Origin: a bacterium
GTDB taxonomy: Bacteria > Zhuqueibacterota > Zhuqueibacteria > Residuimicrobiales > Krinioviventaceae
DNA: 64,000 bases
Assembly (NCBI GenBank): GCA_963693055.1
Contig: OY843751.1
Coordinates: 3,232,001-3,296,000, forward strand
Direction of reading: 5' to 3'
Below, one piece after another: positions 27,728 to 38,284 of this stretch. The translations under genes were made by a program, and so were the position numbers. Below the pieces are notes generated by a model. It was not told where the DNA came from, ran no database searches, and saw nothing but the letters and a program-made list of their open reading frames with translations. Each line of letters starts with the position of its first letter. The stretch's first letter is position 1.

Positions 27728-30700
27728 TTATTCCTGAATCTCTGCTTTAGACTCTCTATATTCAGAGGGTGTTTTGCTATATTCCTGTTGAAAACAGGTA
27801 CTAAAATATTTGGGATATTTGAAACCAACCCGATAGGCGATTTCACTAACCGTGAAATCTGTTTTTTGCAGCATTTGAGCAGCTTTTTTAAGACGCACAG
27901 CTTTAATAAATTCCTGCGGAGAATAGCCAATCAATTCCTTTAATTTCATAAACATCATGGTACGACTCACCCCAACATGATAAGCGAGATGGTTTACTCC
28001 CAATTCAGGGTCAGATAAATGTTCTTCAATATAATCTCGTATCTGTACAAGCATTTTTTCATCATGAGAAAACGGAGTAACCTGTGAAGGCTCAATGATG
28101 AGTTCCTTGCGATAACGTTCCTGCAACATTTTTCGGGATTTTAACATATTAGTTACACGGGCATCCAGAAATCGAAAGTGAAAAGGCTTTTCAATATAAT
28201 CATCTGCGCCAAATTCCATACCCTGTATTTTATCCTCAACCTCACTTTTGGCAGACAGCAGAATAATAGGTATGTGACTGGTAGAGATTTCCCCTTTTAA
28301 TCTTTTACATAATTCAATACCATCAATGCCCGGCATTACCACGTCGCTTATAATGAGACTTGGCATACGGGATTCTGCAAGTTCAAGTCCCTTATTGCCA
28401 TCCGGGGCATCAATTACTTTATACTTTTTGGACAACTGTTTTTTTAAATATGCCCGCATTTCAGGATCATCTTCAACTAAGAGCAATAAAGTTCGGTTAT
28501 CATTATCTTTTCCAGTTTCAAATTCTTGTTCCCGTATATCCCATATTTCTTCAATATCAGGAACATTTAAATTTTCCAAATGGTCAGCACCATTTTCATC
28601 ATGAATCATTTCCAGTTCAGTCAAATGGTCTGTTCCCAATGGAAGTTTAACCGTAAATTCACTACCTGACTCTTCCGTGCTTTTGACGAGTAATGTACCG
28701 GAATGCAGCTCGACAAACTTTTTGGATAATGCAAGACCTAATCCTGAACTTGCTTGTCCCTGTCTGTACCCACCTTTGGCATTGTAAAAACGCTCAAAAA
28801 TGTGAGGTAAATCCTCCTCACTAATCCCTTTTCCGGTATCACTCACCTTGATCAAAATAATAGATTTTTCATTCTCTACCAGGTTTTCAATACTTACTTT
28901 GATATTACCATAATCCGGAGTATATTTAAATGCATTATCGATAAGGTTCACCAATACTTCTTCCAATTTAGACCAGTCAAACCAACCCTCAATAGCATCC
29001 TGATCTGTATTCAATTCATAATCTATATTGTGCTTTTTAGCAGTTTCGGAAAACAATTCATAAATACGGCGTACAAATTGAATCAAATCATCCTTTGAGG
29101 TTTCAAGCGGCATTTTGCCATGTTCAACACGTCTGAAACAGAGCAGCTGTTGTACCAGGCGCATGAGATAACGAACATTTCTGTACATTAAACCCATCTC
29201 ATCTTTATACAGATCATTTTTGTTAGTAGCAAGCATCTCTTCCAGGGGAGCCTGTATCAATGTGAGCGGGGTTTTAAACTCGTGTGCAATATCAGTAAAA
29301 AATTGGAGTTTAAACTGGTTCATTTCTTTGGCCTTTTTACGCTCCAGCCTTTCCAACTTTAATTCATGCTTAACGTTGATCAACGCAAAGATATAAGCAT
29401 TCACACCATAAATTAAACCAATACCAACAATACCATAAATCAAATAAGCCCAAACAGTTCTGCTAAAAGGCCGGGGTATGTATATATTTATAGAAGCGCC
29501 GGTTTCGTTCCAAACGCCGTCGCTATTTGAACCTTTAACTTTAAAAGTATAATGCCCGGGATCAAGGTTGGTATAATTGGCAAACCGTCTGGTCCCGGTA
29601 TAATTCCATTCCTGCTCAAAGCCCTCAAGAATGTAGGCAAACTGGTTCTTTTCGGGAGCAATATAATCCAGCGCCGCAAATTCAAGAGATATCTGATTTT
29701 TATCAAAATCGAGTCTTAACGTATCATTTCCTTGAATGTAGGGAAAAACACTTTTGTTCAAAGGTTTGTTTAAAACACTGATATTTGTGATAACTATGGG
29801 TGGAATAAGCGGATTGGCCATTTTCTCTACATAATCCGGGAAAAAGGCATTAAATCCGTTATTACCGCCAAAGAACAGTTCACCGGTCTTGCTCTGAAAG
29901 CAGGAACGGTTCCAAAACTGGTTACCCTGCAAACCATCCTGCATATCATAATTTGTAAATTTTTGTTCATTACTTTCATATTTTGAAATTCCATTGGTTG
30001 TACTCAACCACAAATTACCATTCGTATCCTCTACTATACCTGCAATTACATTACTGGGTAAACCATCTGATTTATCAAAACGTATAAAATCATCATTTTC
30101 AGGATTATATTGATTCAATCCCTTGCGTGTTGCAATCCATAAACGGTCCTGGGAATCCTGAAAGATGTACTGGATAAAGTTACTGCTGAGACTGTTGGAA
30201 AAGTTGGCATCTGCTCGATAATGGGTATAACTATTATCAACAGGATTATAAGCTACGAGCCCGGATCGCAAATATCCGATCCAGAGGATGCCTTTTTTAT
30301 CAAAACAGATGGATACTACAGATTCATCATCAAGCACACCGGTTGAATCAAACTCTACAGGTTTAAAAATACCTGTACTTTTTTCAAAATAAATTACTCC
30401 TCCATTGGTTCCCAGCCATAATCCTTCTTCATCTTGCTGTAAAATAGCATTGATGAAATTATTTCCGGTAATGGGAGTTATTGTAACATAATATCGGTGG
30501 AACATGCCATTATCAATATTGAATTTATTGAGCCCCTCCTTTGTACCTGCCCAGATTGTACCGGTATTATCTTCCAGTATACAGGTAACCTGGTTACTGC
30601 TTATGGTTAAAGTATTGTTAACATTGTAAACATAATGAGAGACATTTTGGGTTGCCCGGGAAAAGCTTACCAATCCTTCACCTTCTGTCCCCAACCAGAG

Positions 30701-31828
30701 CTTACCTTTAGAGTCTTCTGCAATAGACAGTACTGTACTGTTGATAAAATCTGTTCCATCATTTAAATGAGTACCATAAAATTCAAACTTTTTTGTATTA
30801 CGGTAAAAGCTGTCAATACCGCTGCCATCCATACCCAGCCAGATCACTCCACTGCCATCCTGATAAATAATTCTGGCACTGTTGCTGCTAAGGCTGGAAG
30901 GATCATTTGCATCGGCTAAATAGGCATGAAAGCTTTGGGATTTACGGTCATAATAGTTCAAGCCACCATGTATAGTTGCAAACCATAAATTTTCTGACTC
31001 GTCTTCAAAAATATCCTTAATTTCATTACTGGCAATACTGGAGGGATTATTGGGGTCATTTATATAGGGAACAAAGCTCCCGGTATAAGGATTATGGACC
31101 TGAATTCCATCATAACGGCTGCCAATCCAAATATCTCCAAAGCTATCCTGAAAAATAGAGGTTATTCTCTTTTCATCTCCTTCGCTTGCATAATGGGTGA
31201 GCCTGTTACGCAGATTGTTTATCTTGTAAACATCATTAGAAGTGCCCAACCAGAGGTTTCCATCACGGTCTTCAAGAATTTCAGTTATATTTTCATTAAA
31301 AACCGGGCTGTTTGTATCCAATGGATTTGTATGAAAAGCAGTAAAAATTTCTTTTTCTTTATCAAATATTACCAAACCACTTCGAGTACCTACCCAAAAA
31401 GTACCATTATGATCAACTAGTAATGCACGCACAAAATTATCATTGAGACTTTGGGGGTCATCATTATCCTGTAGCCATTGATCAAAAGATTCAGTTTCAT
31501 AATTGAATCGATTCAATCCCCCGCCTTCAGTACCAATCCATAACTGGCCCTCATTATCTTGCATGATGCAACGAATCCAATCGGAAGAGATTGATGTGGA
31601 GTCAAATATATCATGTCCATAAACGGCAAAATTATATCCATCAAACCGATTCAGGCCATCCTGGGTGCCAAACCATAAAAATCCATAACTATCCTGTAGT
31701 ATACAATCCACCCTGCCATCAGACAAGCCGTTATTAATGGTCAGATGATCAAATGTCACTCTTTCATGCTGAGAATGAGCTGCGATATTCAACAATAATA
31801 CTAGTATGAAAATGGAAAATTTATTCAT
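27728..31828 (-). CDS. Hybrid two-component sensor/AraC regulator (beta-propeller sensor-Y_Y_Y-HisKA-HATPase-REC-AraC)
   Basis: Repeated D..G.LW.GT blades, YTNLDPGHYTF, IAHEFKTPLT, NAFKYT, GLGL, VEDD, SDVVMP, IAYRVGF. Start placed at MNKF (track start 31861). Confidence 0.95.
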   Translation of the reverse strand: MNKFSIFILVLLLNIAAHSQHERVTFDHLTINNGLSDGRVDCILQDSYGFLWFGTQDGLNRFDGYNFAVYGHDIFDSTSISSDWIRCIMQDNEGQLWIGTEGGGLNRFNYETESFDQWLQDNDDPQSLNDNFVRALLVDHNGTFWVGTRSGLVIFDKEKEIFTAFHTNPLDTNSPVFNENITEILEDRDGNLWLGTSNDVYKINNLRNRLTHYASEGDEKRITSIFQDSFGDIWIGSRYDGIQVHNPYTGSFVPYINDPNNPSSIASNEIKDIFEDESENLWFATIHGGLNYYDRKSQSFHAYLADANDPSSLSSNSARIIYQDGSGVIWLGMDGSGIDSFYRNTKKFEFYGTHLNDGTDFINSTVLSIAEDSKGKLWLGTEGEGLVSFSRATQNVSHYVYNVNNTLTISSNQVTCILEDNTGTIWAGTKEGLNKFNIDNGMFHRYYVTITPITGNNFINAILQQDEEGLWLGTNGGVIYFEKSTGIFKPVEFDSTGVLDDESVVSICFDKKGILWIGYLRSGLVAYNPVDNSYTHYRADANFSNSLSSNFIQYIFQDSQDRLWIATRKGLNQYNPENDDFIRFDKSDGLPSNVIAGIVEDTNGNLWLSTTNGISKYESNEQKFTNYDMQDGLQGNQFWNRSCFQSKTGELFFGGNNGFNAFFPDYVEKMANPLIPPIVITNISVLNKPLNKSVFPYIQGNDTLRLDFDKNQISLEFAALDYIAPEKNQFAYILEGFEQEWNYTGTRRFANYTNLDPGHYTFKVKGSNSDGVWNETGASINIYIPRPFSRTVWAYLIYGIVGIGLIYGVNAYIFALINVKHELKLERLERKKAKEMNQFKLQFFTDIAHEFKTPLTLIQAPLEEMLATNKNDLYKDEMGLMYRNVRYLMRLVQQLLCFRRVEHGKMPLETSKDDLIQFVRRIYELFSETAKKHNIDYELNTDQDAIEGWFDWSKLEEVLVNLIDNAFKYTPDYGNIKVSIENLVENEKSIILIKVSDTGKGISEEDLPHIFERFYNAKGGYRQGQASSGLGLALSKKFVELHSGTLLVKSTEESGSEFTVKLPLGTDHLTELEMIHDENGADHLENLNVPDIEEIWDIREQEFETGKDNDNRTLLLLVEDDPEMRAYLKKQLSKKYKVIDAPDGNKGLELAESRMPSLIISDVVMPGIDGIELCKRLKGEISTSHIPIILLSAKSEVEDKIQGMEFGADDYIEKPFHFRFLDARVTNMLKSRKMLQERYRKELIIEPSQVTPFSHDEKMLVQIRDYIEEHLSDPELGVNHLAYHVGVSRTMMFMKLKELIGYSPQEFIKAVRLKKAAQMLQKTDFTVSEIAYRVGFKYPKYFSTCFQQEYSKTPSEYRESKAEIQE

Positions 31829-31892
31829 GATAGATAACCAAATATTATCAATATTAAGCATTACATAGGGCTATTTATTCATCTCGTTATAA

Positions 31893-33923
31893 TTATTTTA
31901 CCCATTTGTTATGCAACGGGCCCATTTTTTCTACAGGAATAGTTTCCAGACCATAAATACTCATCACATCCGGTCCACATAACTGTTCAACGGTTTTCCC
32001 ACTTGATGGAAAAACTGTATTATTTTTAATGATATTTACATTATTTTTATTTCTTAAAAATAACTCGTTACAATCCACAATTAAATTATTCTTGACAATA
32101 TTTCGATCGTGGTTTGATCTCAAATCACGTAAAACCGGATATTTTTCCTGATACAAAGAAGATCGTATATCAACATCCTGATAAAGCTTGTTTTTTACTA
32201 CATCCTTTTCCAGAAATTCAAGCCAGCGTTTTTCTCCCCATGCAGAAAAACTGACAGCAGCATGACATTGATAGAAAAGGTTATTTTCTACGACATTCTC
32301 TTTGCCGCCATGTATCTGAACAGCACCAAAAATAACACTGCCACATCGTTCAAAAACATTTCCAAAAATTTGCACTCCAGAAATCATATCATCAAGGCGA
32401 ACACCTGCCGCACCATTATGGCCTGTTTTTCCTGCCATATCAGACCACTGATTATATCTGATTACAACTCCCTGGTATGATGGATTAAACCACATATCCA
32501 ATCCACCCTGATCGTCTGATTCAGTAACGACATGACTGATTTGGTTATACTCAACAATATAATCATTGCCCTCAAGGCGCATGGCGGATGAGGAAGAATA
32601 TCTAAAACGATTATGAGCAATATAATGACCGCATCCCTCGGTATGAATTGCAGGTTGATAAGTACGATTGAGCAGAGAAAAATGTTCAACAATCGTTTCA
32701 GTCACAGAATGCCCGGAAGGAGTTAATGTTTTTCGATCTCCCCCTTCAAGATAGATTCCCATGCCACCCAAATGATGAATATAACATCCAGAAATATGAT
32801 GTTTAAGACCATTTTCAACACGAATTGCATTTACTCCCAAACGCTCAATTCTGCAATCTTTGACAGAACAATTCTTCCCTTCTTTTATTAATATTCCACT
32901 TCCGCGGCTTTCACGAAAAGTTAATCCTTCGAGGATAATATTTTCGCAATTGTCCATTTCCACAATATAGGGTGCATTGAATTCTGTTAAAGTCACAGTT
33001 GCAGAATTGGGTTCAATATCTTTTTGCGGATACCAAAACAACAATCCGCTGTCTTTATCCAAATACCATTCGGTTACAGAATCAATTTCACACAGCATGT
33101 TGTAGCCATAGTAACGTAAACTGTCACGATATCCATAATGATGGTATGGTTGTGATAAAGTCAAAATATTATCAGCGATATTAATATTCTCAACTTTTTG
33201 GTGCTCGTCTTTCCAATCCCAATACCAGTAACCATGCAGCCAGGCATCTTTTTCGTTAATCCACCGGTCCTGATACTCGTTCAGATATTCAAAAACACCT
33301 TGTTCAGTTCCATGTTTTTTGGTATATCTGGGTGGGATTTCGGTGTCACCCAAAGTCAATCCTGCATGTACAAAACCAGAATTGGGCCAACGGGCAAGTG
33401 TTTGCAATTGACCATTACAAATTAAAGAAGGCCGATTATTGGGATTAGTTAAATCGCCATAATCCTGAATTCCATTAGCTTTTAAATCTGCAACATAAAC
33501 AAGGGGTCTTACAAAAGCAGGTAACCGGTGGGTTAAAGTATTATCCTCTATCTTTTTCCAGTGCTTGATTTCTTTACTCCCCGTAAAAATGGGCGCAGCA
33601 TCTTGAAATGCCTTATAGATTACCGGTGCGGATTGGGTACCAGAATCTTTAGTAGAAAAAAGTATGGGGGAATTTAAAAAATAGTTACCTTGCTTGATAA
33701 AAACTGTTACAGCCCCATCAGAATCAGCAATGGATTGTCTGGCTACTTTTTGAGCATGTTCAATTGTAGCAAACGGATGTTCAAAAGAACCGTCATCATT
33801 ATCATTACCATAGGTTGAAACATAAAACGAGTTTTCAGCATACAATAATGCTACGGGTAATAACAAAACTAAAAGATACAATACTAATCTTGAAACTTTA
33901 CGGTATTCTAACAGTAATTTCAT
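31893..33923 (-). CDS. Right-handed beta-helix glycoside-hydrolase-like protein (GH141-like)
   Basis: FYVSTYGND..DGSFEHPFATIEHA, LARWPN, EWYLD, DDQGG, GVRLDD. Start placed at MKLLL (track start 34094). Confidence 0.7.
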   Translation of the reverse strand: MKLLLEYRKVSRLVLYLLVLLLPVALLYAENSFYVSTYGNDNDDGSFEHPFATIEHAQKVARQSIADSDGAVTVFIKQGNYFLNSPILFSTKDSGTQSAPVIYKAFQDAAPIFTGSKEIKHWKKIEDNTLTHRLPAFVRPLVYVADLKANGIQDYGDLTNPNNRPSLICNGQLQTLARWPNSGFVHAGLTLGDTEIPPRYTKKHGTEQGVFEYLNEYQDRWINEKDAWLHGYWYWDWKDEHQKVENINIADNILTLSQPYHHYGYRDSLRYYGYNMLCEIDSVTEWYLDKDSGLLFWYPQKDIEPNSATVTLTEFNAPYIVEMDNCENIILEGLTFRESRGSGILIKEGKNCSVKDCRIERLGVNAIRVENGLKHHISGCYIHHLGGMGIYLEGGDRKTLTPSGHSVTETIVEHFSLLNRTYQPAIHTEGCGHYIAHNRFRYSSSSAMRLEGNDYIVEYNQISHVVTESDDQGGLDMWFNPSYQGVVIRYNQWSDMAGKTGHNGAAGVRLDDMISGVQIFGNVFERCGSVIFGAVQIHGGKENVVENNLFYQCHAAVSFSAWGEKRWLEFLEKDVVKNKLYQDVDIRSSLYQEKYPVLRDLRSNHDRNIVKNNLIVDCNELFLRNKNNVNIIKNNTVFPSSGKTVEQLCGPDVMSIYGLETIPVEKMGPLHNKWVK

Positions 33924-34059
33924 CTTTAGCACCTGAAAAGAATTAATAATATTTTTAGAATTTAACATAATAAATAGAAGGGGAACACGCAACCAGAAAA
34001 TTGAAAGGATTATAAAACAGCCCAATAAAGACTTTGAACAGAAAATAATCAAAATATCA

Positions 34060-34086
34060 ATGCTCCCACCCACCCGATGGGAGCAT
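34060..34086 (-). terminator. Stem-loop after the TPR gene
   Basis: ATGCTCCCA...TGGGAGCAT 9-bp stem; weak U-tail. Confidence 0.45.
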
Positions 34087-34099
34087 GTATACATACTAT

Positions 34100-35545
34100 C
34101 TAGAGTGTAGCTAAAGCAGTAAGTTGAGTTTTAGCCGCTTTTTTATAAAGAACAGAGTAAAAATTCGATGATTTTTGATCAAGAATCTGCTGGTAACACT
34201 TTTGAGCGTGAGTAAAATTGTTCATTTTCTCTACTACTCTTGCTTTCCACATTACAATTTCACAGCTTTGTTCGGCTTGCTCAAAAAGTTCAAGTGCTTT
34301 TGAATATTCATGGTTATGAAAGGCAAGCATACCTCTTAACAACTCGCATGCAGAAAACAGATTTGAATTACTAGTCTGCAATTCGTTGTAATCTTTTAAC
34401 AGAGATTCAACTTTTAGACCATCATCCTGTAACACTGCAATCTGAATTAAATTACAATAGTAATTTGCATACTGTCTGGTTTTGAATTGTTGATTCAAAT
34501 CAGAATTGTTAATAAATTCCATCCAGTCATTATATCCCTGAGCTGCCTTTTCATAATCCTGATGCAGGAAATAAAAATCCGCAATTTTATTATAAACTGT
34601 TGCAGTCATTACCTGGTTATCACGAAGTTTGCATTTATCCAGAAATGCGGATAAGACCAGTGAAGTATTTTCTTTATCACCCATCAATGTATAGCATGTG
34701 GCAATATTCCAATAACACTTCCATCCCAAAGTTTCTTTATCAAGAGATTTCATGATAAATTTAAAATGATCAATTGCTTTTTCTGGTTGATCATTGAACA
34801 AATGATTCTTGCCATAACAGCAATGAAAATTTAAATTATCAGGTTGCTCTTTTAACAGTTTCTCATAAATCGCTACTGATTGAGCATATTGACCAGTATT
34901 GAGATATGCTTGTCCTAGCATATGTTCAAGTGCTACATTGTCAGAGGATTCATTAAGAAACTTTTGAGCATAATCAATGACATGTTTAAAATCACCTTTT
35001 GAATAATAGCTGGATACCAGCCAGTATTTTAGTTCAAAATTGCTTTCTTGATCTGCGCAAGGCAAAAGCAAATCAATAGTCTGAGCGTATTGGTGTTTTG
35101 CGTATTTATTGAGAGCATTAACCAAAATACGTTCATTGTCATCAGGTAATTGATTTTTTAATTCAATATACAACTTTTGTTGAACGGCTAAATTGTTATT
35201 CCATACGGCTTGAACAAATGTTACATAATTTGATTCAATAGTGCCATCTGTTGAGGCATCAACAGCTTTTTGAATCGAATTATCACGTAACTGATCTCGG
35301 CCATTATAAAAATGCAAAACAGCCATGTGATAATTTGCAAAAACATCAAGGGGATGATTTGCAAGCATGCGTTTGGTTAATTTTTCAGCGGTAACAATGT
35401 CACCTTTTTGTAACGACTCTAAAACCATGTTTTTATCAGCATTAGAAGTTGTGGTTTGCCAAAGAGAGGATGCGCTAGAGAAAATCGGAGTCATAAACAC
35501 GGAAAAGAGGACGAGTACGAAAATCGTTTTAAGAAGAGTTTTCAT
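34100..35545 (-). CDS. Exported tetratricopeptide-repeat protein
   Basis: Signal peptide (MKTLLK...); TPR-like units LGQAYLNTGQYAQSVAIYEKLL and RGMLAFHNHEYSKALELFEQA. Confidence 0.8.
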   Translation of the reverse strand: MKTLLKTIFVLVLFSVFMTPIFSSASSLWQTTTSNADKNMVLESLQKGDIVTAEKLTKRMLANHPLDVFANYHMAVLHFYNGRDQLRDNSIQKAVDASTDGTIESNYVTFVQAVWNNNLAVQQKLYIELKNQLPDDNERILVNALNKYAKHQYAQTIDLLLPCADQESNFELKYWLVSSYYSKGDFKHVIDYAQKFLNESSDNVALEHMLGQAYLNTGQYAQSVAIYEKLLKEQPDNLNFHCCYGKNHLFNDQPEKAIDHFKFIMKSLDKETLGWKCYWNIATCYTLMGDKENTSLVLSAFLDKCKLRDNQVMTATVYNKIADFYFLHQDYEKAAQGYNDWMEFINNSDLNQQFKTRQYANYYCNLIQIAVLQDDGLKVESLLKDYNELQTSNSNLFSACELLRGMLAFHNHEYSKALELFEQAEQSCEIVMWKARVVEKMNNFTHAQKCYQQILDQKSSNFYSVLYKKAAKTQLTALATL

Positions 35546-35808
35546 ATTCCAACCTACCTTTACTACTTGTCTTGACATTTTGTCAAGTAAAAAATGAATT
35601 TATTAGCAAAAAAAATGTATTTTGCTACACAATATTACGAAATTTAAACATTCAAGTCAATAGAAAAATTGAACAATCATTCATATTTTAAAACCCAATC
35701 CTGGATGGAATTTACATTAAAAAGTGGGGGTTAATAAAAATATCAATTGAGCCACAATAAACAATTCCCTATATTTAAAAAGAGTTTACAAAGAAAGGAC
35801 ATTAACAA

Positions 35809-36354
35809 ATGTTTGTTTATCTCGTTGCAATACCCGTCTTGATTGCGCTTTGGGGAATTACCATTTACAACCGACTTGTAAAAAATAGAAATCTCGCTGA
35901 AGAAGGTTGGAGCGGTATTGACGTACAGCTAAAAAGGCGAACTGATCTGTTACCCAATCTTTTAGAAACAGTCAAAGGCTATATGACTCATGAAAAAGAA
36001 TTGCTAAGCAAGGTAACTGAACTGCGCAGTCAAAGCATAAAAGAAGCTAATCCTGCTGAAAAAGGGAAATTGGAAAATGCACTTTCAAAATCTCTTGTAA
36101 ACCTGTTCGCTGTTGCAGAAAACTATCCGGATTTAAAGGCTAATCAGAATTTTCTGGACTTGCAAAACCAGCTATCTGAAATTGAGGATCAGATCCAATT
36201 GGCCCGCCGATATTATAATGGTACCGTTCGGAATTTAAACATTATGATAGAAACTTTTCCCAATAATATCATTGCCGGATATTTTAAATTTGAGAAAAAA
36301 GAATATTTTGAAATGGATGAATCCGAAGGCGCTGTACCCAAAGTATCCTTTTAA
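35809..36354 (+). CDS. lemA: LemA family protein
   Basis: YNRLV, WSGIDVQLKRRTDLLPNL, AENYPDLKANQNF, ARRYYN, FPNN. Confidence 0.95.
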   Translation: MFVYLVAIPVLIALWGITIYNRLVKNRNLAEEGWSGIDVQLKRRTDLLPNLLETVKGYMTHEKELLSKVTELRSQSIKEANPAEKGKLENALSKSLVNLFAVAENYPDLKANQNFLDLQNQLSEIEDQIQLARRYYNGTVRNLNIMIETFPNNIIAGYFKFEKKEYFEMDESEGAVPKVSF

Positions 36355-36368
36355 ACACGAGTCGTATT

Positions 36369-38276
36369 ATGAAAAAAATCTCACATATCATTTTATGGAT
36401 ACTGTGCATCCTCTCTCCTCTATTTGCCCGTTCAGAGCTGGAAAGAATCATCAGCTTTGATAGTGAAATCCAAATTCAGTCTGATGGATCCATGACTATA
36501 ACAGAAACGATCAAAGTTTACAGCAATGGAAATCAGATTAAACGAGGCATTTACCGAACATTTTTAACAAAATATAAAGATCGAATAGGCAACACGGTTC
36601 GTATTACTTTTGACATACTTGATGTTATGAAGAATGGACAAACAGAACCCTATCATACCGAAAAAATGTCAGACGGAATTAAGATATATTTTGGCAGCAG
36701 CGATGTCTTTCTTGAACCGGGTGAATATACTTATACACTGGTTTATAAAACCCAAAATCAGCTTGGCTTTTTTAAAGACTATGATGAACTCTATTGGAAT
36801 GTTACCGGTAATGATTGGGGGTTCATGATAGAAAACGCAAATGCCACCATTCACCTTCCCCCAAGAGCAGATATAATTCAAAGTGCAGCTTATACTGGCG
36901 CATATGGCTCAACTGAACAAAGCTTTAAAAGTAAAATCAACACTGATGGCAGCATTAGTTTTACTACTACCCAATACCTGAGTCCCTGGGAAGGGCTTAC
37001 TATTGCTGTTGGTTTTACCAAAGGGATTATTCCCGAGCCAACAATGATGGACAAAGGGCGATTGATTGTTCGCAACAATCCTACAACTCTTGTTGCATTA
37101 GCAGGATTTATTTTACTTTTGATCTATTATTCACTAGCCTGGACAATGGTAGGTAAAGATCCTGAAAAAGAGACAATCATACCACAATTTGTACCCCCGG
37201 ATGGATATTCACCAGCCGCCACTCGATTTGTATCAAAAATGGGCTATAGTGACAAAGTGTTTGCAGCAGCAATTGTCAACATGGCTGTCAAGGGTTATAT
37301 CACTATCAAAGAAAACAAGAAAAAATTCACTCTGGTAAAGACCGGTACAAACGAGTCCAAACTGGAAGCTGGAGAAAAACAGATTGCTAAAAAATTGTTT
37401 TCTTCTTCCAATTCCATTGTTTTAACCCAAAGCAACCATGCACGCATACAATCAGCAATCAAGGCACTTAAAACTAGCTTGAAACTGAATTTTGAAACAT
37501 TAAACTTTAAGACTAACAGCAGGTTCATTACACCTGGTATCATCATAACAATCATTACCTTTGCGTTAATTATTCTAACCGCAGCTGACAAAGCAGTGGC
37601 TGCATTTATGGCATTGTGGTTGTCAGGTTGGACGGCAGGCACATTTTTTCTCATGTCAGGAGTCGTGAAAAGCTGGTATGCGTTGCTGACCGGCAAAACC
37701 AGGGACATCAAGGAAAAAGCAGGTATTCTTGGAATTACCTTGTTTGCGTTGCCATTTTTTATAGGCGAATTGGTAGGGCTGTGTGTTTTCACTTACGCAA
37801 CTTCACCCGGTGCCGCATTGTTTCTACTATTGATCGTGATAGCTCATGTGGTTTTTAAAGACCTTTTGAAAGCACCAACAATTTTGGGTAGACAGGTCAT
37901 GGACCATATTGAAGGGTTTAGAATGTATCTAAAAATTGCCGAAGAAGAACGCTTGCAGTTCATGTCCCCTCCCCAAACGCCTGAACAGTTTGAGAGATAT
38001 TTACCTTATGCCATAGCACTGGACGTTGAAACCGAATGGAGTAAAAAATTTGAACACAGTCTTTCACAATCCAGTCAATACAAGGATTATACTCCAACCT
38101 GGTATTCCGGATATCATTACAGTACCTCAAATATAACAACGCTTACGTCGACGCTGGGCTCTTCATTTTCATCAGCGATTACGTCCTCTTCAAGAGCGCC
38201 AAGTTCAAGCTCGGGAAGCAGCGGTGGCGGTTTCTCCGGAGGTGGCGGCGGAGGAGGCGGCGGTGGCGGCTGGTAA
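36369..38276 (+). CDS. DUF2207 family membrane protein
   Basis: ITETI, GIYR, ELYWNVTGNDW, IEGFRMYL, LPYAIAL, terminal GGGFSGGGGGGGGGGGW; follows lemA. Confidence 0.92.
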   Translation: MKKISHIILWILCILSPLFARSELERIISFDSEIQIQSDGSMTITETIKVYSNGNQIKRGIYRTFLTKYKDRIGNTVRITFDILDVMKNGQTEPYHTEKMSDGIKIYFGSSDVFLEPGEYTYTLVYKTQNQLGFFKDYDELYWNVTGNDWGFMIENANATIHLPPRADIIQSAAYTGAYGSTEQSFKSKINTDGSISFTTTQYLSPWEGLTIAVGFTKGIIPEPTMMDKGRLIVRNNPTTLVALAGFILLLIYYSLAWTMVGKDPEKETIIPQFVPPDGYSPAATRFVSKMGYSDKVFAAAIVNMAVKGYITIKENKKKFTLVKTGTNESKLEAGEKQIAKKLFSSSNSIVLTQSNHARIQSAIKALKTSLKLNFETLNFKTNSRFITPGIIITIITFALIILTAADKAVAAFMALWLSGWTAGTFFLMSGVVKSWYALLTGKTRDIKEKAGILGITLFALPFFIGELVGLCVFTYATSPGAALFLLLIVIAHVVFKDLLKAPTILGRQVMDHIEGFRMYLKIAEEERLQFMSPPQTPEQFERYLPYAIALDVETEWSKKFEHSLSQSSQYKDYTPTWYSGYHYSTSNITTLTSTLGSSFSSAITSSSRAPSSSSGSSGGGFSGGGGGGGGGGGW

Positions 38277-38284
38277 TGCCACAG

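Noticed and set aside
38196-38273. GC-rich GGC/GGT low-complexity tract
   Set aside because: It encodes the normal Ser/Gly-rich tail of DUF2207 proteins.
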